Assembly: GCA_951406725.2 (NCBI GenBank) | Contig: OX597814.1 | Location: 62,868,001 to 62,932,000 of the forward strand | Direction of reading: 5' to 3' | Origin: Octopus vulgaris | Taxonomy: Eukaryota | Length of the DNA: 64,000 nucleotides | In this document: positions 39,377 through 53,360 of the stretch, in pieces | How the letters are laid out: the number at the start of each line of letters is the position of its first letter | Position numbering within the stretch: the stretch's first letter is position 1 | Notes under the pieces: model-generated | What the model was told of the DNA's origin: nothing | Seen by the model: only the letters and a program-made list of their open reading frames with translations | The model's database searches: none | Made by a program: the position numbers and the translations under genes

Positions 39377-39830
39377 AAAGGCGGCGAACTGGCAGAATCG
39401 TTAGCACGCCGTGTATAATGCTTAGCGTCTGTCTTTATGTTCTGAGTTCAAATTCCACCGAGGTGCATCTTGCCTTTCGTTCTTCGGATTCAATAAACTA
39501 AGTAGCAATTGATCACCCCTAGGTCGACCTATTTGACTCAGCTCCTCCTTTGAAATTGCTGGCCTTGTGCCAAAATGCGAAGCCAATATTTGGTGCGGTC
39601 AAAGTAGTGAGCTGACAGAATAATTAGCATGCTGGGGAAAACGCTTAGCGGCATTTCATCCGTCATTATGTTCTCAGTTGTAATTTCGCCGATGTCGACT
39701 TTGACTTTCATCATTTCAGAGTCGATAAAATAACTGCCAGTTGAGTACTGGGATCAATGAAATTGATTTACCCCTCCACCGAAAATGCTGGCATTATACC
39801 AAACATTTTAAATCAGTATTTAGTGCGGTC
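39377..39830 (+). mobile_element. Two tandem SINE family C copies
   Basis: Units about 39377-39590 and 39600-39820, each preceded by TGCGGT and with head plus TTTCATC...GATAAAA core. Confidence 0.75.
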
Positions 39831-41780
39831 TGTTTGCATTGTAACATTTTTAATAGGACTTATGTAATATGGGACACTTGATCGAGAAATGTAGTTTATC
39901 GAAAATCCATAAGAAAGTAACGCCGCCTGGATCATTAAAAAGGTTAGCTTTTTGAATAACCCCGTACCCCATATTAGAGTGTCGGACAAAAAGCCTAGCG
40001 GAATTTATTCCGACTCATTACGTGTCGATATATCTTTTATATGTCTGACTCTTTTATAACGTACTCACCTGTCGTGCAACGTAACCATCATATCGCTTAT
40101 TAGATGTGTTGTATGTATACTTGCATGGGACGTTCTATTGGTGCGAATGAATTTGTTTTTGTATTCTTCTACAGCCAATGCATATAATATATATAAATAT
40201 AAACAAAATTCAGCTATCGATTACATGCAAAACGACGTTTTCTTTGTTGCCTTTAAAAAAGGAATATGTGGTCGATATAACCAATCAATAGGTAACTTAA
40301 TATTCTGTGAGGATTATTTATGTACTGATATATGCACCAGCTGAATATATAATTCCTATTCTATATATTATTCTCATGTTACATACCAGGAAAATTCAAT
40401 GTGTGTCCTCTATATATGTATAAGTATGGATGTGTGTATGCATATGGATACATATGCACGTTTATGTATGCGTATAGATTATCTATATGCACATATATTT
40501 CGACAACGAATTCTCAGTTCTTGGTAGGCATTGAGTGAGCTACGTTTGGATGAAAATATCCAGTAATATAGAAAATATGTATAATGGTCACCATGGTTAC
40601 CAAAGATAGGAGTCACTTCTATTGCATTTATATTTTGGTCTACTTAAATTGGAGTTCTCTTCCTTTCCCTTTTGAGAACCAATTTTCATTGACCGTAATT
40701 ATCTCGTTATCATTAGGGTTATAATTTCAGTTCATTCAAAATTACTTTCGGCTCACTGCATTTGAAATGGTAGCCTGAATTTAACGCTATACTTTATCCG
40801 CAGGAAATTTACAATTGTCATTATTTTAGTTTATAAATATAATCCATATTGAATATATAATCCATTGAATTCTCTTCATACAAAAATATTGTTTCTGTTA
40901 GTCATTCTGAAGTTTTTATAGTCTTAGTGTGGATTATGAGTCAGTAAGGAGCTCAAATAAGGCAGAAACCTGTCCAGAATTGTGAAGACTGTCAAAGATG
41001 AAATACTCTTCATCTAATTTTTGGTTGATTGAAATTTCAGTTCTTTCTATCTTAATGCAGAATTTTCATATATCACCGTGTATATTTCTCGGTAAATATT
41101 CATTGTGGAAAAATGTCTATAAAAATAGACGGTAGTGATACACTGCAGAATCGTTGTTGAACTATATTTCTAATTTCCACATTCAGTTACCTACGCAAAT
41201 AACGCTGCGAACTTAATAAATAAATTTCACATTCATGACCTAATGTACTTAGTTTCAAATAAGTATTACAATATTAAATACATCGCGCTCAAAGTGTTAT
41301 GGACTGTACATATATATAAATATATGGACTATATATTTGTAGCGCGTCGTTGGACGCTATAGTCATTAACTAAATATGAAAGTTCGTGTACCTTAAGGAT
41401 TAGGAGTATGTTATCATTTCAGTATTTTCCCTTCGTTTTACACATAGAATTATAAATAGCATAGCTAAGGTAAATCAGAAGCAATTTCCTGTCGCATTCC
41501 AAGCTGTTATTTGGTTTCGATTCGATATTTAAGTCACTACTTTCCTGGCTTGAATATTACGAGTTCTCGTTTCCCTACTTCTCAAATGAATTATCTTTGT
41601 GTCTTACTATCTAAAGAGAGAGATTTATGAAATTTTCTCTTGTTCATTTTCAACTCATTTTCCACTTTTACTTTTAATTTTAATTGCAAACAAAAATTTC
41701 TTAATTGATTAAGAGAAGTGATTCAACTAAGGAAATTAAATCACGTTCAAGAGACATAAAATATCCTTCATTTTCTTCAG

Positions 41781-41889
41781 GCAATTAATTCTGCCAACGG
41801 TTGCAGTGAACATGGCGGCGTTTCAATGCTTACATTTACAACAATGTTATTAGATTTTATCGATAAACTGAAATCACAGGTTGATGATG
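41781..41889 (+). other. Weak candidate exon
   Basis: TTTTCTTCAG acceptor, open frame AINSANGCSEHGGVSMLTFTTMLLDFIDKLKSQVDD, G|GTAACC donor; no recognisable homology. Confidence 0.15.
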
Positions 41890-44800
41890 GTAACCAGTGA
41901 ACTATGTACTTCTATTTTTTCTTTATTTGTCACATCTGCTAATTCAATGAACTTAAATTCTGGAAGATTCAAAGCAACTGCTGAGTCATTAAATTGCCCG
42001 ACCACAATGCCTATTTACTCACTTCGAGATATAGAGCTGAGTGCTATAAGCAGAAGCAAGTACAGCCTAAGAGACTAAGAGACGAATGCTTTGTTAGCTT
42101 GAAGCACGAATCCTCTTCTTGTATGCTTTGTATCTTAATACAATAAGAATAATCATTCCAATTACGTATAACTTTATCCAAGTGAAGAGTGCTTCATAAC
42201 AGTTGCTTCCTTCATTGAAAACTCTGATAAACTATAAACTGTGCTCTAGTAAAACTATAAAAAACAAAATCATTATAAGCCATGATTTCCTTGTTCTTTC
42301 TATGTATTTCGAATTAATTGCCTGCTCTATTTACAATTTATATATATTACATATAGTGATAATTCATTTAATTGTGCGCCAGAGACACTGGACCGGTAAA
42401 GAACCCAATATTTTAAACCGCTGAGTTTTATCTTTCTACGTTCAGACTACAAATACTTCCTCGATTGACTTTACTTTTTCTTACTTCTATGGCCGTTCAG
42501 TATATATGTATTGGATGAATTGAATTTACTATATCTGGTCACCCGGAATTTACTATATGGGCCACTCTATTCCCTATATAGATTAACTCCAAATGTATAG
42601 TTTTTCGTCAATCATGTTGCTTGGCGAACAGTTTCGATTTCCTGTTGAAAATATTATTTTGTGCCTGTATCTTTCCACACTTTTGCACAAGTTTGTACTT
42701 TCACAAATCCAAGAATCAGCCTGTCAGCTGTGATTGATATTTTGGATTGCTCTATAGAAATGGATTTCTCAAATTGTTTTTACTTCACTTAGGCATCTCT
42801 GGTTAAACAAAATTCAACGTGGAATCGATTCAGAAATTTCCGCCCGTCCCATGTGGTTGTACCGCACTTTTTGAAAATTTTGTTAACATAATTAATTCAC
42901 GGGGACATTACACTTCTCAAATTTCGGCTTCTCTAAATATAAGATGTTTGTGACGAGTTAATTATTGCTTTCCTGTGGAGTAGATGTCGATTTGCGACTG
43001 AAAATTAATTTGTAGCTCTGTTTATATAGCCCAGGAGAACGAAAAGATATTCTTTACAAGTCGAAGTTTCTGTTTTGAAATCATTTGACCTCTTACATTA
43101 GTGTTTTTATGAAAAGTTCAAATGCTATACAAGTCTAGTTAATCGTGTCATGTAAGCGATTTTGATCTTCAGTCTTAATCAATTTCCTGTTATTCCTTTA
43201 ATATCCTTAGAACTACAGATGTCCATGAACAACTAGACAAAGGGTCGGTAGTTTATGTCTTATAAACGGCAGTGAGTTGTAAACTATGGCTAGGATATTC
43301 AACACTCAATGGCTGAATCTCTCTATCCTTAAATAGCATAAGGTAAAAACTACGCAATTCATGAGCCAACGGAAACTCTTTAAATGGTCATGTAACCTGC
43401 TGCAATTGACAGTTACTTATCTTTAAACACACATCCTACTCGATCAGAGCTTATATGGGGTTAAATAACAACAGTGACAACATTTAAGTTTTGTCAGTGG
43501 CAGCATAACTGTAAAGTTGATAAGTATTTTACTATCTGGCAGCGGTTACAATGAGTCCTGTTTTTCAATTGTTTTTACTATCATCGCAAACACAACTTGA
43601 AAATGGCTAATTCTTTTGAGGAAAGTCATAAATTCTTCTACGCCAGATTTTTTATAATCTTTAGACTACCAAGCCTAATGAAATATACATGGTTTGAATA
43701 CGATACACCTACGGCATTCCTAGTTTCCCAACAATCCGAATCAATGACTTGTGTTAGGAGTAGCATAAATCCACTATTTTATCTACTTTGCTAATGGACA
43801 TGAGGGCATCACTAATAATAGTGTTATTATTGCTACTACTCTTATTGTTTCCAGTCCATTTGAAATAATTGATGGTTTCAAAAGAAGTTTGATCCCTTTG
43901 TAATCCTGAATATCTTATCAAAGAGAATTTCAAAATCCCACAACAGAAAGACAGTAATCTAAACTCGCAATTGCAAATTAACATGCAGTTTTCGTTAATT
44001 AAGTGGGCTGCACTTGAGTTCTTACTGTCCTGAGCTGAATTTACAAATTGATAAGAATCTTTTTAGGTTGCTGTGCTTAGCTAATTTGCTCTCTGTTTAT
44101 TGAATATGGACAAAACATAGCGCGGCGCCAGGGATGAGATATGATCTATCCACAATGAGAACAAATGATTGAAAACTTTGGAAATCAGCCAACAACAGCT
44201 CCTGCTGTCAATAGTCTTTGATGCAAAAAACTCTCATTGATTTTGATAACAGAATTTACATTCAGTATAAATAACCCACTAGTAATCACAAATCCTGGCG
44301 GATAGGAGTTACGTACTTGAAAATGTGATCAAGGCAATCGCTAAAAATAACAAGCACAGAGTTTTACTTCTTCCAAACAAACTCGTTATAAAAGAAAGGC
44401 TTAAAAAAAGAACTGGCCAAAATAATTGTTATTGTTTTATTCTCTATTTTTATCATCCAATAGGATTCAACATGTAATAATAGCAAGTCAGTAAGATGAA
44501 ATGCACATCAAAGTTTTAATATTTTCTATTTCATTTAACCACATTGACAGTATTATAGAACGTTGAATAAACATGTTCTGATTTTGAAGTTGACTTTACC
44601 TTTCGGGTTCAATGAATTATGGTTTCAGTGAATTGCTTGGAATCGATATACTTATTTTCTCCTTGTCGTAAACTGTGTGGCTTTACGTGTAAGTAAACTA
44701 GAAATCAGTATTTTCATTGTAAGAATAGCGCTCAGTGAGAGAAATGGTTGAGCAATGGACTACACGTTTTACGGTAATAACTTATACTCCTTTACGTTTT

Positions 44801-45912
44801 GACTATATCACACTGATATCGATTTCATTCTTTTAGGATCAAAATAAGTAACATCCATGTTTCAAGGCCGTTTCCTTTACTACATCAGCTCTCTAAACGT
44901 ATATTTTGTGGCAATGCTAGAACTAAATAGTTTTATTTTTGAGAAACGGTAGTGTGACCAAATAAACGCCTGACAATATTTATTACTTTAATTTCATTTT
45001 AGTGAGAGCGGTTAGCTAAGAAAATAGATTACCAAAGAATTAGTCAACTGGTCAGTGGTCCGGATTTTGTCTCAGCAATGTGACAGTGTATGCGGTCAAA
45101 AGTTCCCAGTTCACTTTGCTAAAGACAAATACTAGATAGAAAATATAACTCACTGCTCTATGCAAACACAGCACTCTAAAACTGGCAAATTGTTAGTTAT
45201 TTGTCACTGCTAAGTCCGAATCTGTATATAGATATATAATTTGAAGAGGAACAAATTCTGTTAGGCTGATCTGCTGAAGGTACAGACGATTAAAACTGAT
45301 TCTTCAGTTCAGTAAAACCTCAGGTTTAAGGATCAACATATTTTTCATCCTTATTGGCTGGATAAAATAACTAGTTGTAATGCGCTGAGGACAAGTGACG
45401 TAATAGGTGCGCAAACCAGGATCAAACAAGCTGAGCAGCAGATGAAATTACAAACGCCCAAGTACGCCAGCCCATTAGTTCAGTGCTCTGATCATGTTGC
45501 TCAAACAGAATATTTTGCATTCATATTTGACTTGCTATCCATTTTTGTGCACACTATCTGTGTCTTCGAATCAATTAATGATGCCATCATGGTCAATGTC
45601 ACACGCACGCGCGCGCGCACACACATATATTTATTTATAACTATTATCATTAATATAACGTGTTCTGTTCAATGGTTATTTTACATTAAGAAATCTTTCA
45701 AGAAGACACTATTCATTATTTCGGTTTTCCTTTTATGAATTTTAGCTTTTAGAAGTTCCCGGTTCCCTTTTTTAACGTAAGGGAAACTGTTACAAAAACA
45801 CAAAAATAACACAAAAACTACTGTAAACATTATCTGTTGTTTCTATATTACAATTAGCAAGAAAGAACTAGTTACAGGTTTCCAACGATTCAATCATTGC
45901 TTCATGAAGTTG

Positions 45913-46150
45913 TGTGGCCCAGTAGATACGATATCGTAGTGACGATCGCAAGATCATGGTTTCGATTCTCGAACCGAGTGGTGCGTTTATATTCTTGAGC
46001 AGAACACTTCATATCACGTTACTCCTTTCCCCAGTAGCAGTAAATAAGTAACCGCGCGACGGACTGGCATCCAATTCAGGGGGAATGTTGTGATCTTGGT
46101 CACTTATACGCCTTAGAAACTGGATAACCGGGCCTATGAGTCTTAGGACT
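45913..46150 (+). mobile_element. Diverged SINE, family B-related
   Basis: TGGCCCAGTAG...GGTTTCGATTC head; GACGGACTGGCATCC core. Confidence 0.6.
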
Positions 46151-46541
46151 CGAGTCATGCATATATATTCATTACTTCGTTATATTTTGTCTTCCATATA
46201 ACCTCTCTTAGGTCTGCACCTCGTGGGTAACACTCCCATATCATTTCACTGCACTTTATGCAAACAAACTGAAGCAGAATTTCCCAGGTGCAGAACCATA
46301 ATCTCAAGTAAGAAATACATGGCCTTATTCATTCTAAGTTTAAATCACAAGCCCGGCTGTCTTCTGACCACTGAGCAATTTGTGTCACTGTCGTAGCCTT
46401 AATATTCGGCAGCAGGGATAATGGCAAGGCTTTTGTAGGTTATGTTATTGTTATTATTGCTGTTGAAACTCAAGTAAAAATTGATCGTGTAGTTGTCTGA
46501 TCAAGAAAATTCCAGCATGACAGTTTTTCAATTATTGATCA

Positions 46542-46925
46542 TCTCTCTCTATATAAACGGCAGTTTGTCTGTGCGTTTTCTGTGTGTCTGTTTTCTCGTA
46601 CCCTCACTCTGACCACGGCTTTCAACCGATTCTGATGAAACTTGACACACACATAGCCCAATGTCATAATTCAAAACTAACGCAGCGAAAATTTTGAAAA
46701 GTTCCCCCAGTTCTGAAAAAAATCGATAAATTCGACATGGGGTCGAGAATCAGAAACCCAAACCACAGACCGTCTAGGGGACGCAACTCCACCTTTTTTA
46801 ACTCTCAAAACAAATTTACCATCATTTTTTTTCCATTTTTTTGCTATTTTTTGGCTATAACTCTCTAAAAATGCTTTATAGTTATTTCCCTTACAAACCT
46901 GAGCAACGCCGGGCGATACTGCTAG
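46542..46925 (+). mobile_element. Non-autonomous Helitron, complete
   Basis: A|TC 5' end, subterminal hairpin CCTGAGCAACGCCGGG, CTAG|T 3' end, no TSD. Confidence 0.8.
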
Positions 46926-47319
46926 TTGTATATATTCTAGTAGATATTTGTCTAGCGTGCAAACTTCGTCATCGACGTGCAATGTAAAATGTTTATATCA
47001 ACTCATAATGGAGTTGATGTGATTTATGGTATCGATGTGTTATTTGATCCTAGGCCAAATGTAATGAGCAGGTGACATGTAATCAAAAACTTTACAGCAA
47101 CCAGCATCCTGTCTGTTTAGGGATTTTAGAATTATATCATCTAACGTATTCTTTCCTCTTGTTTTTCAACATGGTGGCGATTATGAGAGAGGACCTATTC
47201 TAATAGGTCAAGCAATCACTCACAGGCTCTCTCGCTGGAACTTGGAGGTAATGTATTTCGTACTGGTAATGTGGGAGGTTGCGTGTTAACTTACTCACAT
47301 ACACACATACCTATGATAC

Positions 47320-47366
<47 letters not shown>

Positions 47367-47369
47367 AAC

Positions 47370-47497
47370 AATTTCTTTTAATCGAATGTATCGACTCCAG
47401 TGGTGGTATTTTTCGTTAAGCCGAGCCGCTGAGTTACTGGTTCGTAAACACACAATCACTGATTGTCGAGCGGTTGTGGGTCACAAACACAGACATA

Positions 47498-47560
<63 letters not shown>

Positions 47561-47561
47561 G

Positions 47562-47593
<32 letters not shown>

Positions 47594-47780
47594 CACGTAT
47601 ACGTATGTATATATATATATATATACATATATACACGTACTCACACACATATACGACGCGCATCTTTCAGTTTCCGTCTCACAAGTATCTAGTCGGCCCA
47701 AAGCTATAGTAGAAAACTCACTGCCAAGCAGTGAGACTGTACTCGCAACAATGTAGTTGGGAAGCAAGCGTCTTTCCATA
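47370..47780 (-). mobile_element. SINE family A, diverged
   Basis: TTTCAGTTTCCGTCT and GCTATAGTAGAA motifs; internal (CA)n. Confidence 0.65.
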
Positions 47781-47922
47781 CCGCCAGGAATGAGCCTATG
47801 ATTGTATATTTGTTTTACCATCTATATTTACAACCCGTGGATGCAGAGGGAGAGAAATAAAAGTGTGGTGGGCCGAGAAGAGTTTAAAATAAAACAAAGC
47901 AATAATAAAAATTGTCGAAAAA

Positions 47923-48382
47923 GGTGCAGGCATGGCTGTGTTGCAAGAAACTTGCTTTCCAACCATATGATTCTGGGTTCTGTCCCACTGTGTGCCATCT
48001 TGTGCAAGTGTCTCCTACTTTAGCCCCGCGCCGACCAAAGCCCTGTGAGTGGATTTGGTAGACGGAAACTGAAAGAGATCCATCGTATGTATGTATGTAT
48101 GTATGTATGTATGTATGTATGTATGTATGTATGTATGTATGTATGTGTGTATCAGTGTATCTATCAGTGTATGTGTCTCTGCATCTCTGCTGGTGTGTTT
48201 ACGTCCCCGTAACTTTGCGATTCGACAAATTATATAACAGATACAGATAGAATTATATAAAGATACCGATAGAATAAGTACCAGGCTTTAAAAAACAGTA
48301 CTGAGGTCAATTCATTCGACTAAAAATGCGGTGCCCCAGCATGGCCGTAGTCTTATGACTGAAACAATTAAATGATAAAAAA
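47923..48382 (+). mobile_element. SINE family A, full length
   Basis: Head, internal (TATG)n, tail. Confidence 0.85.
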
Positions 48383-48598
48383 TAAATACCACTGGAAGCA
48401 TCATAGTACATGAGTGTCAATAACGTAAGATTAATTACTTAAGAATTGTTTGGAATAAAATATTCATGTCTGTGTACTGTTGCTTCTCATACCGTTGCCA
48501 TTGTTGTTTTTGTTGTTGCTGTTGTTTAAACCCATCATCCGTAAATGAACAAACGTAAGTTCAATAGCTGTGTATACCTCATATCTTATTCAGATAGC

Positions 48599-48678
48599 AT
48601 GCATAGCACTAACTATGCATAACACTAACAATGCATGGCACTAACTATGCATAACACTAACAATGCATGGCACTAACT
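48599..48678. repeat. 16-bp minisatellite, 5 copies
   Basis: ATGCAT(AG/AA/GG)CACTAAC(T/A) repeated. Confidence 0.9.
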
Positions 48679-49173
48679 ACACTACCCAACGCTTGGTTTT
48701 TCTCTCTCTTTGGTTTGCTTATAAGAGAGTATGACACTATTTGAAGAAAGTTTGAAGGTAATTACTAGCTGGTCGACAGATCACACAAGAAGCTCTATCA
48801 CTGGCTTGTGTGTCATTGTTGTGAAACAACTCGGGGTGTGTAGTGGAGCTTTTGAAACTTAATATTGGCTTAACCTACATAGAGATAATCCTTTAAGGGA
48901 CACTGACATAGTTTCTTGACTCCCATGTAGGTTCTGAAATAATACTTTGTGTATTAAACTTTTACTTCTAGGAAATATGACCCACAGTAAAACGAAATGA
49001 TTCGCATTGTCGAAGCAAATTTATATTGTTCAGTTTGTTCAAAAAGAAAAAAAATCATTATTATAAGAATAGATTAAAATTACCTGAGCGAATTGGAGGA
49101 ATGTCGTCATATTCAAAGTTATATAATTTCTTGCATAAACACAAGGTATTAAGACAGAGGAAGGGACAGTTGA

Positions 49174-49600
49174 TTAACCCTTAGACAGCGGGAAAGGGCT
49201 GCATCAATGTGTGTGCCAAGCAGGCAAAAAACAGAGAAAGAAACCCTTTTTCTTAAGGGCAATTTTTATATTTTCACTTTAAATAAGTACAAAACTATAA
49301 TTATTAGTATCTCTCACAATAATATTTATGAAAAAGTATCGTAAAATATTACTTTTCTTTGCATCCGGCATAAGCATGAATTCATTTGAGATTTCCACGT
49401 CGTTGCTTTCAAAGGAATGTATAAATGGAGAAAAAATCGGTGCACTTTTCCCATCCAGAGCTAGTTAAAGAATCATTTTCTTCTGTACTATCTGGAGTAT
49501 AATCATCATTATCTACTTCATCTGATGATGAAGGAAAGTCAGAAAGAATTTCTTCATCGCTATATAAATCTTTCATTTACAACTTGGTTTCTCCCATCAA
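49174..49600 (-). mobile_element. piggyBac-like remnant
   Basis: TTAA-CCC terminus at 49174; minus-strand acidic stretch DLYSDEEILSDFPSSSDEVDNDDY like a piggyBac transposase N-terminus; second TIR not found. Confidence 0.35.
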
Positions 49601-49880
49601 TACGGCCTGCTTATGCTGAGGGGCATTAAACGAAGTAGCTTCTCGAGCATCAATTGATGAGTGCCGTATCCATTATAAAAATCTTTGGAGCATCAGTTGA
49701 TGTTTGCCGTTTAAGTGTTAAATCGATTTCGGTACTTAACTGATGTTTTATTTTAACGATGCCGTGTTCTTCCGTGGTATTTGAACTCAAAACGTAAAAA
49801 TCTGAAACACAAACTTTGAGGTATTTTCTCCGCCGCTCTACTAATCTCATAAATTCTCTACACTGACATTAAGTAATAAC

Positions 49881-50106
49881 TCTTACTCTTTTACTTTTTT
49901 ACTTGTTTCAGTCATTTGACTGTGGCCATGCTGGAGCACCGTCCTTAGTCGAGCAAATCGACCCCAGGACTTATTCTTTGTAAGCCTAGTACTTATTCTA
50001 TCGGTCTCTTTTGCCGAACCGCAATGTTACGGGGACGTAAACACATCAGCATCGGTTGTCAAGCAATGTTGGGAGGACAAACACAGACACACAAACATAT
50101 ACACAC

Positions 50107-50137
<31 letters not shown>

Positions 50138-50303
50138 CATATATACATATATACGGGGCTTCTTTCAGTTTCTGTCTACCAAATCCAATTACCAGGCTTT
50201 GGTCGGCCCGAGGCTATAGTAGAAGACACTTGCCCAAAGTTCCACGCAGTGGGAGTGAACCCGGAACCATGTGGTTGGTTAGCAAGCTACTTACCACACA
50301 GCT
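49881..50303 (-). mobile_element. SINE family A, near full length
   Basis: Reverse-complement match to the family consensus. Confidence 0.9.
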
Positions 50304-51714
50304 ACGGAAATTTCATGAACAAATCGAAGACAAAACCGAAATCCGAGACACAAGCTGCAAATATGACAAGATTAACTGATTCTAGCAAAAGGAAGCTTGC
50401 AATGACTAAGTAAGTATGACAGCTTGAATGTTGCGGCGAAGGGCAGAAAATGGCATAACATATGTGCTACTTAGGCAAATATTGACAATTAGTTAACAGA
50501 AGATGAGGAAGAAGGAGATATAATTACTTTAAAAATAAACAACAACTATATTAAGTTAAAGTATTTTACAAATTAAAGCAGGAAGAAACATAAAAAAATA
50601 TTAAGTCTTGTGAGCAATTAGTACAGCATTTGCGGCTTATAATGGTACCCTCTGTTAGATGCATTACACATTTGGTAATCTGTATGTCTCTCTCTTCAAC
50701 AGTAGCGCAAGCTATCGTGCTGGCCACTTCAGTTAAGTTAGAAAATAATTTACTCCATAAACCAAGCCGACCATTGCGCCTGGTGCCTTGTGTAAATCTG
50801 AGGCTTTAATGAAAAAAATAAGAAAGTCCTATAAACTACATAATCATTCACTTCAGGGAACGCGCGCGCGCGCACTCACAGTTACATTCGCACATATTTC
50901 CTCTCTCTCTCTCTTTCTCTCCCCCCTCTTTCTCTCTGCTGGTAATTAATGCATTGATTTTTGTAAGAATGAAGTGCAAAGCCAATACTAGTGATATTTC
51001 AACTCAGAAAATAGAACAGAACTAAATATTGAAATTGTGTTCGTAACCAAGTTGTAGAAATGTGATGAATTTTTTTAACTCTTCGCACTATTAAGAAATA
51101 AACTAAAATTGAATATAACAGCAACATTTTCTGTGCTCTTGAATAATAACTAAAATGGCTCTTCCACAATATAACTGCCTAAGTTTGAGCCTTGCGAAAC
51201 AAGTAATGACAATATATTTAAATGCTCTGAAGTCGTACACATCGTATTCAACCATTTCTACAAGCAACAATGACTTTTAATAAGGATCATTAATTAAACA
51301 GGAAATTATTTGTCATGAACAACTGTGTGTATAATATCAATGAAACAAGGAAACATAAGCGTCAGAAGCCACGCTCATTGATTTACTACACCAGTGAGCA
51401 AGCAAAGATAACTAACGCTAAAAAACAATGTAAACTGTTTTAAATTCTAAAATGGACAAAAACGAAGACATTGAATACAACAGGCAGTATTAAAACATGG
51501 ATCATACTGTATATATATGAGATATTAATTCATCTTGGTTAGTCACCAGAAAACATTGATAAACAAAGCGGAAACGATGCTGCAAGACGGTATTCATATA
51601 TATTTTAAGATGATTGACACACTCGAGACTCAACTATTACAAACTTAACTTTTACTTTTATTCTGCTCGATGCAAACATATATGGTATATTTCACTATAT
51701 GACTGTCACTGTCA

Positions 51715-51830
51715 CAAGGCTCAAAATTTTTGGGGAAGGCACCAGTCGATTAGATCGACACCAGTACGCAACTAGTACTTAATTTATCGACACTAGAAGG
51801 ATGAAAGGCAAAGTCGACCTCGGCGGAATA
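51715..51830 (-). mobile_element. SINE family C fragment
   Basis: TACTTAATTTATCGAC...GGATGAAAGGCAAAGTCGACCTCGGCGGAAT. Confidence 0.75.
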
Positions 51831-52063
51831 TGACCGTCATTGTATTGGCTACTGGAAGTTGTTATATAGCGTTGGTCACGATGCGCTTTATTACATTGTT
51901 GTAGTTTTCGAATGTATATATGTATGCATGTGTAAGGCTGTACATATATATATATATTATATATATATGTCTGCATGTACTCTTATGCATTGAACCCACT
52001 ACTCGACTGCACTCGATGTATGTTGGAATACCTCGATTCTAACGGATCTTACAACTAAATGAT

Positions 52064-52524
52064 AGGCGTGGCTGTGTGGTAAGAAGCTGGCTTCCCAACC
52101 GCATTGTTCCGGGTGCAGTCCCATTGCATGTCACCATGGGCAAGTGTTTTCTACTATAGCCTCGGGCCAACCAAAACCTTGTGAGTGGATTTGGTAGACG
52201 GAAACTAAAAGAAGCCTGTTGTAGTCATTTGACTGCGGTCATGCTGGAGCACCGCCTTAAGGGATGTTAGTCGAAGAAATCAACCCTAGGACTTATTCTT
52301 TGTAAGCCTAGTATTTATTCTGTCGATCTATTTTGCCGAACCGTTAAGTTACGGGGACATAAACAGACCAGCATAGGTTGTCAAGCGATGGTGAGGACAC
52401 ACACACACACACACACACACGACGGGCTTCTTCCAGTTTCTCTCCACCAAATGCACTCACAAGGGTTTGGTTGGCTCGAAGCTATAGTAGAAGCAAACTC
52501 CTTACCATACATCCATGTCTGCGC

Positions 52525-52615
<91 letters not shown>

Positions 52616-52625
52616 CCTATCTATC

Positions 52626-52672
<47 letters not shown>

Positions 52673-52677
52673 TTAAT

Positions 52678-52751
<74 letters not shown>

Positions 52752-53006
52752 GTCTGTCTGTCTGTCTGTCTGTATGTTTGTCTTTCTATCTGTCTGTCTG
52801 TGTGCGTCTGGATTTGTTCCTCCCCACCGCTTGACAACTGGTGTTGGTATGTTTGCCTCCACATAATTTAGCGTTTCGAGAAATGAGACGGATAAACTAA
52901 GTACAAATCTTAAAAAAAGACTGCTGGGTCCGATTCATTCGACTAAAATTTCAAGGCGTGTTTCTCAGCATGGCCGCAGTCTAATGCCTGAAACAAGTAA
53001 AAGATA
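52064..53006 (+). mobile_element. SINE family A with a nested antisense family A copy (52223-52526)
   Basis: Plus head 52064-52220, minus copy, (TATC)n, plus tail 52800-53006. Confidence 0.75.
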
Positions 53007-53011
53007 ATATA

Positions 53012-53078
<67 letters not shown>

Positions 53079-53080
<2 letters not shown>

Positions 53081-53360
53081 CACCGTGATCACCGTGACCG
53101 ATCAGGTTATCAGATGTTGCTACATATCGCTGGTCACAATGCGCTGCGCATTGTTTTAGCCTTCAAATGACGCCACCCCGCTGGTGAGAGAAAGTTGTAG
53201 CGAAAGAGTACAGCAGGAATCGCCACTACCCCCTGCAGGAGCCTCGTGAAGCTTTAGGTGTTTTCACTCAGTAAACACTCACAACTAGGAATCGAATCGA
53301 AACCGTGATCCTACGATTGCGAGTCCGCTGCCCTAACCACTGGGCCATTGCGCCTCCACA
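53079..53360 (-). mobile_element. SINE family B with an alternative tail
   Basis: Head nearly identical to 5581-5641; tail TCACCGTGACCGATCAGG... Confidence 0.85.

Noticed and set aside
43794-43868. Signal-peptide-like short ORF MDMRASLIIVLLLLLLLLFPVHLK
   Set aside because: Arises from TTA/CTA low complexity and stops immediately
48599-48678. CRISPR-like repeat
   Set aside because: No spacers, eukaryotic context, no cas genes
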